Notes: generated by a model from the sequence alone, not told the origin. A stretch of DNA of 64,000 nucleotides from an uncultured bacterium (GCA_942492175.1 CALODR010000009.1:168964-232963), one strand, 5' to 3'. Counted from the first letter of the stretch, positions 1-9,326 are shown. Translations and numbers: made by a program.

Positions 1-315
1 CATCGGGAGAATCATATCTTTCTCAGTTAGTTCAGCAAGTTTTTTAGCAAACAGGGGCCATTTATCATTAAAGAATGCCCTTGATGTGAGGGTAAGTTCA
101 TCTGCCTGGTTCTTTAATGCTTTTATGATTGCAGGATGGCGATGTCCCTGGTTAACTGCAGAATATGCAGAAAGCATATCCATATACTTTTTGCCTTCCG
201 GATCTTCAACCCAGATGCCTTCTGCTTTCGAAATTACTACTTCAAGCGGATGGTAATTGTGAGCGCCGTACTTGTGCTCCATTTCCATCAATTGTTCAGA
301 ATTTAAATTAGTCAT
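1..315 (-). CDS. rocD: Ornithine aminotransferase (class-III PLP aminotransferase), N-terminal part only; the gene continues beyond the window start
   Basis: Reverse-strand translation from the ATG at 315..313 gives [61 protein letters not shown], a characteristic OAT N-terminus. It is absent from the ORF track because it runs off the window edge. Confidence 0.7.
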   Translation of the reverse strand, partial: MTNLNSEQLMEMEHKYGAHNYHPLEVVISKAEGIWVEDPEGKKYMDMLSAYSAVNQGHRHPAIIKALKNQADELTLTSRAFFNDKWPLFAKKLAELTEKDMILPM

Positions 316-530
316 ATATCACCTCAATATTAGTTACTGTCTGAGCACATTTTATCAGTTTAAATCTCCACGTCAACCCGTATCGGTTCCGATTTTAAGG
401 AATTTTTAAAGATGATTATATGGTTTAAATTTAACAAAACGCGGTTTGTGGCAGTGCCGGTTTCATGTGCTTTATATTGACAGAAGCAGAGAAATGTGAG
501 AAAATTATACTTAAATTTGTGGAGGAGAAA

Positions 531-782
531 ATGGGGACTCAACCTAAAGTAGTTGTTTTTTCAACGCCTACCTGTTCCTGGTGCAGGACTCTTAAACAAT
601 ATTTAAAAAAGCATGATGTCAGATTTAAAGATATTGATGTTTCAAGAGATCAGGCGGCTGCAAAAGATATGTTAAGAAGGACAGGGCAGCAGGGAGTACC
701 TGTTACTCTTATCAATAACAGGGCGATTGTAGGCTTTAATAAAAACGAAATAAATAGACTTTTAAATATTAAAGGAGGATAA
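531..782 (+). CDS. Glutaredoxin-like protein (NrdH/YruB-like thioredoxin fold, CxxC)
   Basis: CSWC active-site motif after a beta-strand (KVVVFSTPTCSWCRTLKQYL); GGAGG ribosome-binding site 8 nt upstream of the ATG at 531, an internal Met of ORF 465..782. Confidence 0.7.
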   Translation: MGTQPKVVVFSTPTCSWCRTLKQYLKKHDVRFKDIDVSRDQAAAKDMLRRTGQQGVPVTLINNRAIVGFNKNEINRLLNIKGG

Positions 783-783
783 G

Positions 784-1050
784 ATGAAAGTTCAACCATT
801 AGATGACAGAGTATTGGTATTACCATTGGAAAGTGAAGAGCAGGTAGGGTCAATAATCATTCCAGACACAGCAAAAGAAAAGCCGGTTGTGGGTGTAGTG
901 AAAGCAGTTGGAACAGATGAAGAGCTCAAAGAGATGATCAAAGTTGGAGATAAAGTAGTATATGGGAAATATGCCGGTGAAGAGCTGAAAGTGGATGGTG
1001 AAAAGCACCTTCTGATATCCAGGTCTGATCTGCTTGCAATAGTAGAATAA
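784..1050 (+). CDS. groES: Co-chaperonin GroES (Hsp10)
   Basis: 88 aa with a typical GroES sequence (LKPLDDRVLV..., mobile loop, VGDKVVYGKYAG). AGGAGG ribosome-binding site. No groEL follows; a terminator hairpin sits immediately downstream. Confidence 0.9.
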   Translation: MKVQPLDDRVLVLPLESEEQVGSIIIPDTAKEKPVVGVVKAVGTDEELKEMIKVGDKVVYGKYAGEELKVDGEKHLLISRSDLLAIVE

Positions 1051-1067
1051 ACCTTACTATGAAATGT

Positions 1068-1100
1068 CAGGGCAGTCGGACGGCTGCCCTCATTTTATTT
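1068..1100 (+). terminator. Intrinsic terminator hairpin after groES; it also lies 3' of the convergent rlmB
   Basis: GGGCAG-N8-CTGCCC stem at 1070-1075/1084-1089 followed by TCATTTTATTTTT. Confidence 0.6.
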
Positions 1101-1820
1101 TTAACCTTTTGCAGTCCGTTGTCTTATAGCTTCAAAAAGTATTACAGCTGTGGCTGCTGAGACGTTCAAAGATTCAATTTTTTTTGAGTGGGGTATGGTA
1201 ATGAACTGGTCTGTGTGTTTTTTTACTATGGTTGATATCCCTTTCCCTTCACTTCCTATAACAAGAGCTGTCGGTGCATCAAAAGAGTATTCATGGTAGG
1301 GTATTCCCGCCTTGACATTTGTAGAAATTATCCAATAACCTCTCTCTTTTAATGTCCTCATCTCTCTTGATATATTTTTCGAAGGTACGATTTTTGAATT
1401 CATTAAGGCGCCTGCCGAAGCTTTTAAAACCGTCTCATTAAGCGGTGCGGAATGTCTCTGGGCAAGTATGATCCCGTCTACTCCTGCGGCAACACCTGTG
1501 CGGACTATTGCCCCCAGGTTTCCCGGATCTGTTACGGAATCAAGTATAAGTATCAGGCTCTCCTTGCTATCCTGAATAATTTCATCGAGTGAGTAAAAAC
1601 GGACAGGAGAAATTTCGGCAAAAACCCCCTGATTTTCATTCCCGGCCTTTCTGTTCAATGCAGCCTGAGGGATGAGCATAAATGGTATACCCCTCTCCTT
1701 GCAGAGGTCCAGGATCTTTTTAATCCTTGTGTCCCTCCTCCTCTCATTAATAAAAACTTTGTTAACCGGTGCGTCTGAACTTAAAGCTTCATGGAGAGAG
1801 TTTATTGAGGTAATCTTCAT
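1101..1820 (-). CDS. rlmB: 23S rRNA (guanosine-2'-O)-methyltransferase, SpoU/TrmH family (RlmB-like)
   Basis: 239 aa with SpoU methylase motifs (LVLDSVTDPGNLGAIVRT..., IGSEGKGIS) and an N-terminal substrate-binding domain. Confidence 0.75.
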   Translation of the reverse strand: MKITSINSLHEALSSDAPVNKVFINERRRDTRIKKILDLCKERGIPFMLIPQAALNRKAGNENQGVFAEISPVRFYSLDEIIQDSKESLILILDSVTDPGNLGAIVRTGVAAGVDGIILAQRHSAPLNETVLKASAGALMNSKIVPSKNISREMRTLKERGYWIISTNVKAGIPYHEYSFDAPTALVIGSEGKGISTIVKKHTDQFITIPHSKKIESLNVSAATAVILFEAIRQRTAKG

Positions 1821-1833
1821 TAATTAAAATTAT

Positions 1834-2661
1834 ATGCTATTTAGATACAAAATAATATGGAAAAGGGTGCTGAAATCAATATTCTTCACATTTGGAGGGA
1901 TAGTGTGTTATAAATTAATAATGAAAGGACTTTTAAAAATACTGACATTCTTAAAAGATGCAGTGATATCAATACTTATTTATCTTATAGGGATTGTCCA
2001 TTTTATTATCGGTACTATTCTTATTTTTATTGTAGGAATTTTTACAACAGGAAAACTATTCGAGTTTATGATTAATACATTTTCCAGAACACTGATTCTT
2101 CTCGGCGGTGTGTGGATGAAAATTGAGGGACGTGAAAATATAGAGCCGGGAAAAAAATATATTGTCATGATGAATCATGTAAATATTTTTGACGGTTTTG
2201 TCCTCAAAAGCACTTTCTCTAAAAAAGTACGCGGAATAGAAGAAGAGACACATATGAACTGGCCGATCTACGGGCACCTTATGAAGAGGATCGGTATGAT
2301 CCCTATCAACAGAAAAAATGCCAGAAGGGCTATGGAATCTCTGAAGAGTGCGGCTGAAAAATTAAATCTTCAGAAAGAGCTTTCCGTGGGAATAATGCCG
2401 GAAGGGACACGGACCAGGGACGGGAAACTCAGTAAATTTAAAAGAGGCGGATTTCTGCTTGCTCTGGAATCGGGACTCGATATTTTACCCTTAACACAGG
2501 CCGGTGCCTATAAGGTCAAGCAGAAAACCGGATGGATCATCCGGCCCGGAAAAATAACGGTAACTATCGATAAATCAATCCCGGTGACAGGCTACACCAG
2601 AGACAACATAAACGAACTGATGGACAAAGTCAGAAACGTCATGCTCAAATATGTGGACTGA
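1834..2661 (+). CDS. plsC: 1-acyl-sn-glycerol-3-phosphate acyltransferase (lysophospholipid acyltransferase)
   Basis: NHVNIFDG (the NHxxxxD motif) and PEGTRTRDG (the EGTR motif) downstream of an N-terminal transmembrane segment. The true start may be the internal Met near 1921. Confidence 0.75.
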   Translation: MLFRYKIIWKRVLKSIFFTFGGIVCYKLIMKGLLKILTFLKDAVISILIYLIGIVHFIIGTILIFIVGIFTTGKLFEFMINTFSRTLILLGGVWMKIEGRENIEPGKKYIVMMNHVNIFDGFVLKSTFSKKVRGIEEETHMNWPIYGHLMKRIGMIPINRKNARRAMESLKSAAEKLNLQKELSVGIMPEGTRTRDGKLSKFKRGGFLLALESGLDILPLTQAGAYKVKQKTGWIIRPGKITVTIDKSIPVTGYTRDNINELMDKVRNVMLKYVD

Positions 2662-2693
2662 AATTTTAAAGAAAACCCCGGTGAGGAATCAGT

Positions 2694-3281
2694 ATGATTG
2701 AAAATCCATCAAATGGAAGGGCTGTTATTAATCAGGATTATAATTCTGTAGTTGTGGAGATCCCGGCAAAAAAGAATTGGGCTCAGATGTTGTTCATGAT
2801 GGTCTGGTTGTGCGGCTGGGCTGTGGGGGAATATTTTGCGGTTAATACGCTGCTCAGTTCTAATGCACCCTTATTCGCAAATGCATTTATCCTTTTCTGG
2901 CTTGCCGGATGGACCTTTGGTGGCGGACTTGCCTTTTATACTGTTCTCTGGCAGCTAATGGGAAGGGAGATCATTATTGCGGAAAGTGGAATGCTGACAA
3001 TTCAACGGACGGTGTTCGGGTTGGGGGGAAAGAGGCAATTTGAAACAGGATCCATAAAAGATATGCATTTTAATCCGGATCAGGAAGTCAGTTTACCAGG
3101 GATATCCCACAAGAAAGTATCAGGCCGGCAGGGCGGAAAGATCAGATTTGACTACGGGATGAAGACCATCCGTTTCGGCATGAGCATTGAGGAACCGGAG
3201 GCAAAGATGATCATCAACCGCCTCCGTCAGAGCGGTTATTTAAGAAGTGAAAATTTCATATCCGGCAACCGGTCTTATTAA
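2694..3281 (+). CDS. Hypothetical membrane protein
   Basis: ORF with two or three hydrophobic helices (WLCGWAVGEYFAV..., FILFWLAGWTFGGGLAFYTVLW). I recognise no family. Confidence 0.4.
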   Translation: MIENPSNGRAVINQDYNSVVVEIPAKKNWAQMLFMMVWLCGWAVGEYFAVNTLLSSNAPLFANAFILFWLAGWTFGGGLAFYTVLWQLMGREIIIAESGMLTIQRTVFGLGGKRQFETGSIKDMHFNPDQEVSLPGISHKKVSGRQGGKIRFDYGMKTIRFGMSIEEPEAKMIINRLRQSGYLRSENFISGNRSY

Positions 3282-3291
3282 CCCCAAAAAG

Positions 3292-3385
3292 GTGTCTGTC
3301 CCCATTTGATTTTAGGTAGGGGCAGGCTTCACGTCTATCCAATTTTGGGAACCTCATCTGAGGGGGGACACCAGGCCCGCCCCTA
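3292..3385. terminator. GC-rich bidirectional terminator region between convergent genes. It begins with a reverse copy of the GGGGACAG-type repeat.
   Basis: GTGTCTGTCCCC at 3292-3304. GTAGGGG at 3314-3320 pairs with CCCCTAC at 3379-3385. GC-rich island in an AT-rich background. Confidence 0.45.
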
Positions 3386-3393
3386 CGCTTATT

Positions 3394-4257
3394 TTACTTG
3401 TAAGATGTGATGTATTTTTTGAGGCCGGATTTCCAGTGGGTCATGATGTTTAATTCCTGGTCTTTGAGGTGTTTGTTTTCGAGGACTGAGTAGTCGGGAC
3501 GTTTTACTCCCCCACTGAATTCGCCGGGAGCTGCTTTGTTAACTTTAACGCCGTTATCTTTTATTCTGAAGATCTCTTTTGCGAACTCATACCAGGAACA
3601 TTCTCCCTCTGCGGAAACATGGTATAAACCGTATTCTGCATTTTCTTTGATCATATGGACGATCTGAGTGGAAATTTCTTCTGTGAAAGTCGGGGTCAGG
3701 ATCTCGTCGTCAACGACTTTAACCTCACCTTTTTCCTCACCGATCTTTAGTATCTTGTCGACAAAATTATACCCCTTATCCATACATATATTTTTTCCAT
3801 ATATTCCTGAGAGCCTGAGGATATAAAATTTTTTTAGGATCGAGCTTACAAGATATTCACCCGACAACTTCGAATTTGCATATACATTCAGAGGATTGGG
3901 GATGTCCGATTCCATGTATGGTTTTTTCTTTGTTCCGTCAAATACATAATCGGTGCTGATGTGCAATAGAGGTATCTGAAGTTTACTGCATGCATAAGCA
4001 AGATTTGCCGCTCCCAGGCCATTTACCTTAAAGGATTTTATGGGATCCTTTTCACATACTTCTACATGATGGAAAGCTGCTGTATTAATTACCATATCCG
4101 GAGCAAGATTGGTGTTAATAACTGAACGTATCGAATCTCTATCTGCAATATCAACATCTTTAATTGTGAGTGGCGCAACATCAAATCCATCGTTTTTTAA
4201 TACTGAACTGATATCACTGCCCAGCTGTCCGTCCGCACCTGTTAATGCAATTTTCAT
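3394..4257 (-). CDS. rfbD: dTDP-4-dehydrorhamnose reductase
   Basis: 287 aa, RmlD-type; N-terminal Rossmann motif MKIALTGADGQLG and a YAxSK-like segment. Confidence 0.8.
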   Translation of the reverse strand: MKIALTGADGQLGSDISSVLKNDGFDVAPLTIKDVDIADRDSIRSVINTNLAPDMVINTAAFHHVEVCEKDPIKSFKVNGLGAANLAYACSKLQIPLLHISTDYVFDGTKKKPYMESDIPNPLNVYANSKLSGEYLVSSILKKFYILRLSGIYGKNICMDKGYNFVDKILKIGEEKGEVKVVDDEILTPTFTEEISTQIVHMIKENAEYGLYHVSAEGECSWYEFAKEIFRIKDNGVKVNKAAPGEFSGGVKRPDYSVLENKHLKDQELNIMTHWKSGLKKYITSYK

Positions 4258-4258
4258 T

Positions 4259-4825
4259 TTAGAGGATAAATTTATCAGAGTCAGGATTTTTTATCCATTC
4301 ATCCAGGCTTTGAGCGCCGGCATCCTTTTCTGAAAGGAGCGGCTTTTTTACAGGCCAGTTAATATTAATGCTTTTGTCGTTCCACCGTATTCCGGACTCA
4401 CAGGCCGGGTTATATGTCCCTGTGCATAGATATTGAATTTCAACATTTTCCGAGAGGGCACAAAACCCCCTTGCAAAACCGGCAGGGGCCCACAACTGAA
4501 GTCTCTCGTCATGAGAAGTTTCCAGTCCGTACCATTGGCCGAATGTTGGAGAGTTCTTTCTTATATCAGCCGCAACTATAAAAGCTCTTCCCGATAAAAT
4601 GCGCATCAATTTTCCCATTGGCGGCTCCCACTGAAAGTGAAGCCCCCTTACAACTCCCTGTTTTGAGAAAGAATAGTTTTCCTGAACAAAAGATCCGTGG
4701 ATACCCAATTCTATAAAATGATCGCTCCTGTACATCTCCATAAATGACCCTCTCTCATCATGGAATTCTTTTGTTTTTATAACTACTACCCCGTTAAGGT
4801 GTTCAGAAACTTTTTCAAACGGCAT
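4259..4825 (-). CDS. rfbC: dTDP-4-dehydrorhamnose 3,5-epimerase
   Basis: 188 aa cupin with RmlC signature segments (RGLHFQ, FVQENYSFS, WYD-like); adjacent to rfbD. Confidence 0.8.
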   Translation of the reverse strand: MPFEKVSEHLNGVVVIKTKEFHDERGSFMEMYRSDHFIELGIHGSFVQENYSFSKQGVVRGLHFQWEPPMGKLMRILSGRAFIVAADIRKNSPTFGQWYGLETSHDERLQLWAPAGFARGFCALSENVEIQYLCTGTYNPACESGIRWNDKSININWPVKKPLLSEKDAGAQSLDEWIKNPDSDKFIL

Positions 4826-4916
4826 TTCAGTTGCCTCTTATTAGTGGATTTTGAAAACCAGCAAAACTAAATTTAGCAGGATATACTGTTTTTTTCAATA
4901 TATTAGAATAAATAGA

Positions 4917-5678
4917 TCAGATCTCGGTCTTTGGGCAAATGTCTTTGTAATCACAAAAATTACAGATATACCCTTCATTCTTATAAAAATAACCTTTCTC
5001 TATATTATCTATAACAAAATTTATTATTTCGAACATCTGTTCCATATCAACATCTTCAGTACGAATCGAGTGTTCCTGATGTTTTACCCCTGTTGCTTTC
5101 TTCGAGTAGAGGATCTGGAACTTTAATTCTTTTATAAATCCCCCCACGCTCTCCTCGAAAAGGAATTTATAAATATACATTTGAAGGAATGACTTGTTCA
5201 CTCTGTCTCTTGACCATTTTGCAGTAGTTGTTTTAAAATCGGTCAGGGAAAAATCTTCCTCAACAAGGTCTATTATTCCCCTGATTTTCACCTCTGAATC
5301 GGGCAGGTTACACTCTATCTCTTTTTCGGTCATTAAGGGTTTTATTCCCGGTGCAATTTCTTTTGCAAAATACTTGATGAAAGAGAGACCTCTCTTATAA
5401 GATTTTTCCCTGTTCTCACTCCATACTATTTCTGAATTCTGTGACATTTTCTCAAATGTGTCTGTAAAATATTGTGATATCTCAATAATGTCCGGCGTTT
5501 TTCCTTCTATTTTCCTTTTCAGAAAAAAATCGGCAGCATCATGGAAAATAACTCCGAGGAAAACTTTATCGTTTATCGGAGTCCTTATATTTTTTATATA
5601 ACTGAAATAATATTGCCGGGGGCAGTTTCTGTATGTTCTTATCTGATTAAATGAGATATATCCTTTCGGCAGAGACAT
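4917..5678 (-). CDS. Cas4-like PD-(D/E)xK nuclease with four-cysteine Fe-S cluster signature (DUF83/Cas4 family), orphan
   Basis: N-terminal YRNCPRQYYFSY (the Cas4 CPR motif). GIIDLVEED...DFKTT matches a D-ExK core. Three C-terminal cysteines (CNFCDYKDIC) complete a C...CxxCx5C pattern. No cas genes or CRISPR array in the window. Confidence 0.6.
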   Translation of the reverse strand: MSLPKGYISFNQIRTYRNCPRQYYFSYIKNIRTPINDKVFLGVIFHDAADFFLKRKIEGKTPDIIEISQYFTDTFEKMSQNSEIVWSENREKSYKRGLSFIKYFAKEIAPGIKPLMTEKEIECNLPDSEVKIRGIIDLVEEDFSLTDFKTTTAKWSRDRVNKSFLQMYIYKFLFEESVGGFIKELKFQILYSKKATGVKHQEHSIRTEDVDMEQMFEIINFVIDNIEKGYFYKNEGYICNFCDYKDICPKTEI

Positions 5679-5711
5679 AAAAAAAAACCCTTGGAGGGGT
5701 ATGTGAGGTAA

Positions 5712-5978
5712 TTATGATCCGGATTTGTTAAGAAGGGCTGTTAATCTGGATTTGTATCTTGAAGCAGTTTTTTTATGAATTGTACCTTTTGTGTTTGATT
5801 TATCAATAACTGATATAACCTTTGGAAACAATGCTTTAGCTTCCTCTATTTTTCCGGCTTCTATCTCTTTTTTGAATTTCTTTATTCTATTCTTCATTTT
5901 GGTCTTATTCATTTTGTTGATCAGTCTCTTCTTCTCATCCCGTCTGTACTTCTTGATAGCAGATTTGTGGTTTGCCAT
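5712..5978 (-). CDS. rpsT: 30S ribosomal protein S20
   Basis: MANHKSAIKKYRRDEKKRL... is a canonical S20 N-terminus. GGAGG ribosome-binding site 5 nt upstream of the Met at 5978; the ORF-track start at 6029 is an upstream extension. Confidence 0.85.
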   Translation of the reverse strand: MANHKSAIKKYRRDEKKRLINKMNKTKMKNRIKKFKKEIEAGKIEEAKALFPKVISVIDKSNTKGTIHKKTASRYKSRLTALLNKSGS

Positions 5979-6022
5979 ATTTTCCTCCGAATTAGAGGAT
6001 ATGATACAAAAAAACACACTTA

Positions 6023-6622
6023 TTGTCAATGTCAGTTGGCAGGTTATTCTACATGAATTGCTTTCCGGGTGTATTTGACAGGGAGATTGAAAATCTCTAT
6101 CATATTACTATGGCTGGACATTCTATAATTATTATCATTTTTGCATTTCTTATACCTGTCGGAGCTATTTCTATCGGGGGACTCTATTTCTTCGAAAAGA
6201 AAAAAGGGAGAAATATTACCACCCGTTTCAGGGAGTTCAGTAAAAAATATAAAATAACTGAAAAAGACCTCAGATCTGTGCCCCGTGTTCTGATCCCTGA
6301 GAACATAAATGTAAGTGTTAAATTGAGTGAAAGTGAGTATACAAGGCTTAAGGGGAAGGTTGTTGATATGTCACTTTCAGGTTTCAGAGTAAGCTTCAGA
6401 TCTCCCTTCAGGGTGATCCCCGAGGATCAGATATTCAGAAATGTGTTAATTGTGACACCACTGAACAGAATCAATGTCAGATCATTAAAAATCGTGAGAA
6501 TAGAGAATTCAGTAAAGAAAGTGATCTTTGCACTTTATATAAAAGATATAGATGAAAATGATTATACAGACCTTAAGAATATAATGATATATTTTGAAAA
6601 ATTTTCGAAAAATGGAAATTAA
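6023..6622 (+). CDS. PilZ-domain protein (putative c-di-GMP receptor)
   Basis: RxxxR (RSVPR) and D/NxSxxG (DMSLSGFR) PilZ motifs after an N-terminal transmembrane helix. The start is uncertain (6023, or the Met at 6110). Confidence 0.55.
   Translation: MSMSVGRLFYMNCFPGVFDREIENLYHITMAGHSIIIIIFAFLIPVGAISIGGLYFFEKKKGRNITTRFREFSKKYKITEKDLRSVPRVLIPENINVSVKLSESEYTRLKGKVVDMSLSGFRVSFRSPFRVIPEDQIFRNVLIVTPLNRINVRSLKIVRIENSVKKVIFALYIKDIDENDYTDLKNIMIYFEKFSKNGN
6076..6104 (+). promoter_or_regulatory. Sigma70-like promoter candidate (TTGACA-17-TATCAT) in the rpsT / PilZ divergent region
   Basis: TTGACA at 6076-6081, a 17-nt spacer, TATCAT at 6099-6104. It would give a near-leaderless start at the ATG at 6110. 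Confidence 0.3.
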
Positions 6623-8078
6623 AGGGAAAAACTTCCCCCATAAAGATCTGTTTATAACCCTTTTTGATAAAGATGTTTATCTTGTAGGCGGAGCAGTAAG
6701 GGATCTTTTGATCACAGGCGAAATTGACAACAGGAAAGACATAGATCTGATGGTTGCGGGTTTTGAATATTCAGAACTTGAGGAAATATTAAAAGATCAT
6801 GGAAGAATTAGCACTGTAGGGAAAAGTTTTGCCGTTATTAAATTTACAATAAACAGATTAACTTACGATATCTCAATCCCGAGAAGGGATAAAAAAAGGA
6901 GTACAGGATCAAGTGCTCATAGAAATTTTATAGTAGAGAGTGGGAAGGATGTTACTCTCGAAGAAGATCTCGGGAGAAGGGATTTCACTTGTAATTCGAT
7001 CGCAATGAGATTGAGCGATGGTGAATTATTTGATCCTTTTAACGGCAGGAGTGCGATAGAAAAAAAACTCATTGCTATGACAAGCCCTGAGTCTTTCTCC
7101 GATGATCCTCTGAGGCTGTTGAGAGCGGCAAGATTCTCCTCTGTTCTAGGGTTTGAAATAGAAGAGGAAATATATAAAGTTGCGAGAGATGTTGATCTGA
7201 GTGAGTTGAGTCCGGAACGGGTCACTGAGGAATTGTTCAGACTATTGCTTGAATCCGGTTCACCTTCAAAAGGTATTCATGAATATTTCAAATTGACTGT
7301 TCTTGAAAAATTATATCCCGATATTTATAAGATGGCATTGACCATACAGGATTCGGAATTCCATCCTGAAAATGATGAGTTCGGTCATCACACGGTTTTA
7401 ATTCATATGCTGATTACACTTGATATAGGGAAAAAAATATCGGATATCAAAGGTTTGAACAGTGAAGAAGAACTGGCGCTTTTGCTGTCAGTTATTCTGC
7501 ATGATATAGGGAAACCTATTACCACAAAGTGGGAGTACAAGAGAGGCAGAATGACTGTGACATCAATCAGGCACGACAGTATCGGTGTCGGCCTGGCTGA
7601 GTCTGTTTTTGATGAACTTAAAATTGACACAAGGATGAAGTTCCCGCTGAAAGATGTTGTCCTGAAACTAATTAAAAATCATCACCGGGTATATGATCTT
7701 TACAGTAATAGGGAGGATACCGGTTTCAAGGCATTCTCAAGGCTTTTACGGGACATGGACGGACGGGATGATCTGCTGATACTTCTCGATTTTGCAGACA
7801 GACAATCACGTGAACCCGATCCACTCAAATTTGCTGATTATGATGATATATCAAAATGGTATTTTTCAAGAAAAGATGAATTAAAGATCACTGAAGAAAC
7901 AATAAAACCGTTGATTCAGGGTCGGGACCTGATAAAGCTGGGAGTTAGTCCAGGAGTTGAGATGGGTGATTATCTGAAGAAGCTGTACGAGCTTCAGCTT
8001 GATGGCGTCTTCTCATCGTTTGAAGATGGGATCGCACAATTTAAAATTATAAGCAAAAATAATGATCAGGATCACTAA
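6594..8078 (+). CDS. cca: CCA-adding enzyme / tRNA nucleotidyltransferase (PolyA-pol head plus HD domain)
   Basis: Class-II nucleotidyltransferase head (GGAVRDLL...DIDL) and a C-terminal HD domain (LHDIGKP, H...D). 494 aa. Confidence 0.75.
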   Translation: MKNFRKMEIKGKNFPHKDLFITLFDKDVYLVGGAVRDLLITGEIDNRKDIDLMVAGFEYSELEEILKDHGRISTVGKSFAVIKFTINRLTYDISIPRRDKKRSTGSSAHRNFIVESGKDVTLEEDLGRRDFTCNSIAMRLSDGELFDPFNGRSAIEKKLIAMTSPESFSDDPLRLLRAARFSSVLGFEIEEEIYKVARDVDLSELSPERVTEELFRLLLESGSPSKGIHEYFKLTVLEKLYPDIYKMALTIQDSEFHPENDEFGHHTVLIHMLITLDIGKKISDIKGLNSEEELALLLSVILHDIGKPITTKWEYKRGRMTVTSIRHDSIGVGLAESVFDELKIDTRMKFPLKDVVLKLIKNHHRVYDLYSNREDTGFKAFSRLLRDMDGRDDLLILLDFADRQSREPDPLKFADYDDISKWYFSRKDELKITEETIKPLIQGRDLIKLGVSPGVEMGDYLKKLYELQLDGVFSSFEDGIAQFKIISKNNDQDH

Positions 8079-8697
8079 TTTCCAGAAAGAGAAGATTGTC
8101 CTGGGGATAAATATTTTTAATAAGATATCAGTTCTTTCAAATAAGAAAATCCGTGACTATATAAAGAGTGAAACCGGAAATATCAGACAGTCTCATACTG
8201 AATCACTTCCATCCGGATATCAGAACTCCAGGAAATTGTATAGATCCTATGGTGTTGATCCGACGAAATACAGGCCTTCTTCCGAAGCGTTATGGAGGAG
8301 GGTGAAAAAGGGTGACCCGCTTCCCGAGGTAAATCCGTTTGTTGATCTTACCAATTTTTTGTCCCTTAAATTTCAAATACCTTACGGTCTATATGATATT
8401 GACAAACTTGAAGGAGATATTGAATTGATCACCGGCAGTGATGATATGTGGTATGAGGGGATCCGTAAGGACAGAGTATCACTTCATGGCAAGATCGTCC
8501 TCACTGATCGTATCGGCCCTTTTGGAAATCCATCATCCGATTCACTCAGAGCATCTACCGGAAGTTCTACAGAAGATCTTCTTCAGGTGATCTTTTTTTT
8601 GACTGGAGATAAAGAAATTGAAAACGTCCTGGGTTCCAGTGTGGAAATTTATAAACAATTCTTCAGCATCTATGAAGTTTTCTCATACATAGTCTGA
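8062..8697 (+). CDS. Stand-alone B3/4 (PheT-like tRNA-binding) domain protein
   Basis: About 210 aa resembling the solo B3/4-domain family (...YRPSSEALWRRV...NPFVDLTNF...). Overlaps the cca stop. Confidence 0.45.
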   Translation: MIRITNFQKEKIVLGINIFNKISVLSNKKIRDYIKSETGNIRQSHTESLPSGYQNSRKLYRSYGVDPTKYRPSSEALWRRVKKGDPLPEVNPFVDLTNFLSLKFQIPYGLYDIDKLEGDIELITGSDDMWYEGIRKDRVSLHGKIVLTDRIGPFGNPSSDSLRASTGSSTEDLLQVIFFLTGDKEIENVLGSSVEIYKQFFSIYEVFSYIV

Positions 8698-8786
8698 TTT
8701 TTTTCCAATAAAAAGGCAGGATTAATAATTTACGTTTGTCGAATATATTAAGCATTCAATTATACTGAATGCAAAAGGAGAAATTT

Positions 8787-9278
8787 ATGGATAAAAGAGT
8801 CAAAATTTTAATGGTTGTTATATTTTCGATACTGCTAGTTTCTGCTAACTTCAGCCTTTTTTCCGGTGAGAAAGAGATGTCGAAGTGCCCGGCTTGCGGA
8901 CACAAGATGGAAGCAGGGAAAGGTGTAGCAGTTGATCATCATGGGAAGAAAGTTCATGTATGCGGAGAAAAATGCAAGGCAGCATTTGAGAAGATGGCGG
9001 CAGAATGTAATTGCGGCGTAACCTATAAGTGCTCGATGAAGGCTTGTAACTATACATCAGAAAAAGATGGAAAATGCCCAAATTGCGGTATGGCCCTTGT
9101 TAAGGTAGAAGCCAAGCCTGTTTATAAATGTACTTCAGAAGGCTGTAAGTTCACTTCTGATAAAGTAGGGAAATGCCCTAATTGCAAAACAGACCTGAAG
9201 AAAGTTGAATGCAAAAATTGCAGTGACCATTCAAAAGTTCATAAAACACAGTCAAAAAAAGGCTGCTCAAAAAAATAG
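8787..9278 (+). CDS. Secreted cysteine-rich metal-binding protein: a YHS/TRASH-like domain plus three CPxCG heavy-metal-binding-like repeats
   Basis: Signal peptide. CPACGHKM...HHGKKVHVCGEKCKAAFEK has a YHS-like pattern. GKCPNCGMALVKVE and GKCPNCKTDLKKVE are CPxCGM repeats. A GGAG ribosome-binding site precedes the ATG at 8787. Confidence 0.5.
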   Translation: MDKRVKILMVVIFSILLVSANFSLFSGEKEMSKCPACGHKMEAGKGVAVDHHGKKVHVCGEKCKAAFEKMAAECNCGVTYKCSMKACNYTSEKDGKCPNCGMALVKVEAKPVYKCTSEGCKFTSDKVGKCPNCKTDLKKVECKNCSDHSKVHKTQSKKGCSKK

Positions 9279-9298
9279 TTGTTAGTTTAAAATAAAAT

Positions 9299-9326
9299 GG
9301 CGGAACTCCGGTTCCGCCTTTTTTTG
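9299..9326 (+). terminator. Intrinsic terminator
   Basis: GGCGGAAC-TCCG-GTTCCGCC hairpin followed by TTTTTTT. Confidence 0.7.

Noticed and set aside
420-530. Possible CIRCE/HrcA operator or canonical sigma70 promoter upstream of glutaredoxin-groES
   Set aside because: There is no TTAGCACTC-N9-GAGTGCTAA inverted repeat. A TTGACA at 477-482 is 23 nt from the nearest TATACT, too far for a standard promoter. I am not calling a regulatory site here.
360-542. Numerous short ORFs (60-110 aa) on the opposite strand inside confident genes; examples are 650..853, 4851..5126, 17205..17537, 28340..28636, 43445..43948
   Set aside because: They are fully embedded antisense to well-supported genes. They are low-complexity and lack ribosome-binding sites. 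They are typical of six-frame noise in AT-rich DNA.
784-1100. Expected groEL immediately downstream of groES
   Set aside because: groES is followed by a terminator hairpin and then the convergent rlmB. groEL must lie elsewhere, so I did not force an operon call.
3314-3385. A ~72-nt GC-rich segment with a 7-bp terminal stem (GTAGGGG...CCCCTAC) that superficially resembles a tRNA in size
   Set aside because: On neither strand could I place D, anticodon and T arms. There is no GTTC/TPsiC-like loop and no complementary 5-bp T-stem. Its position between convergent gene ends fits a long-loop bidirectional terminator better.
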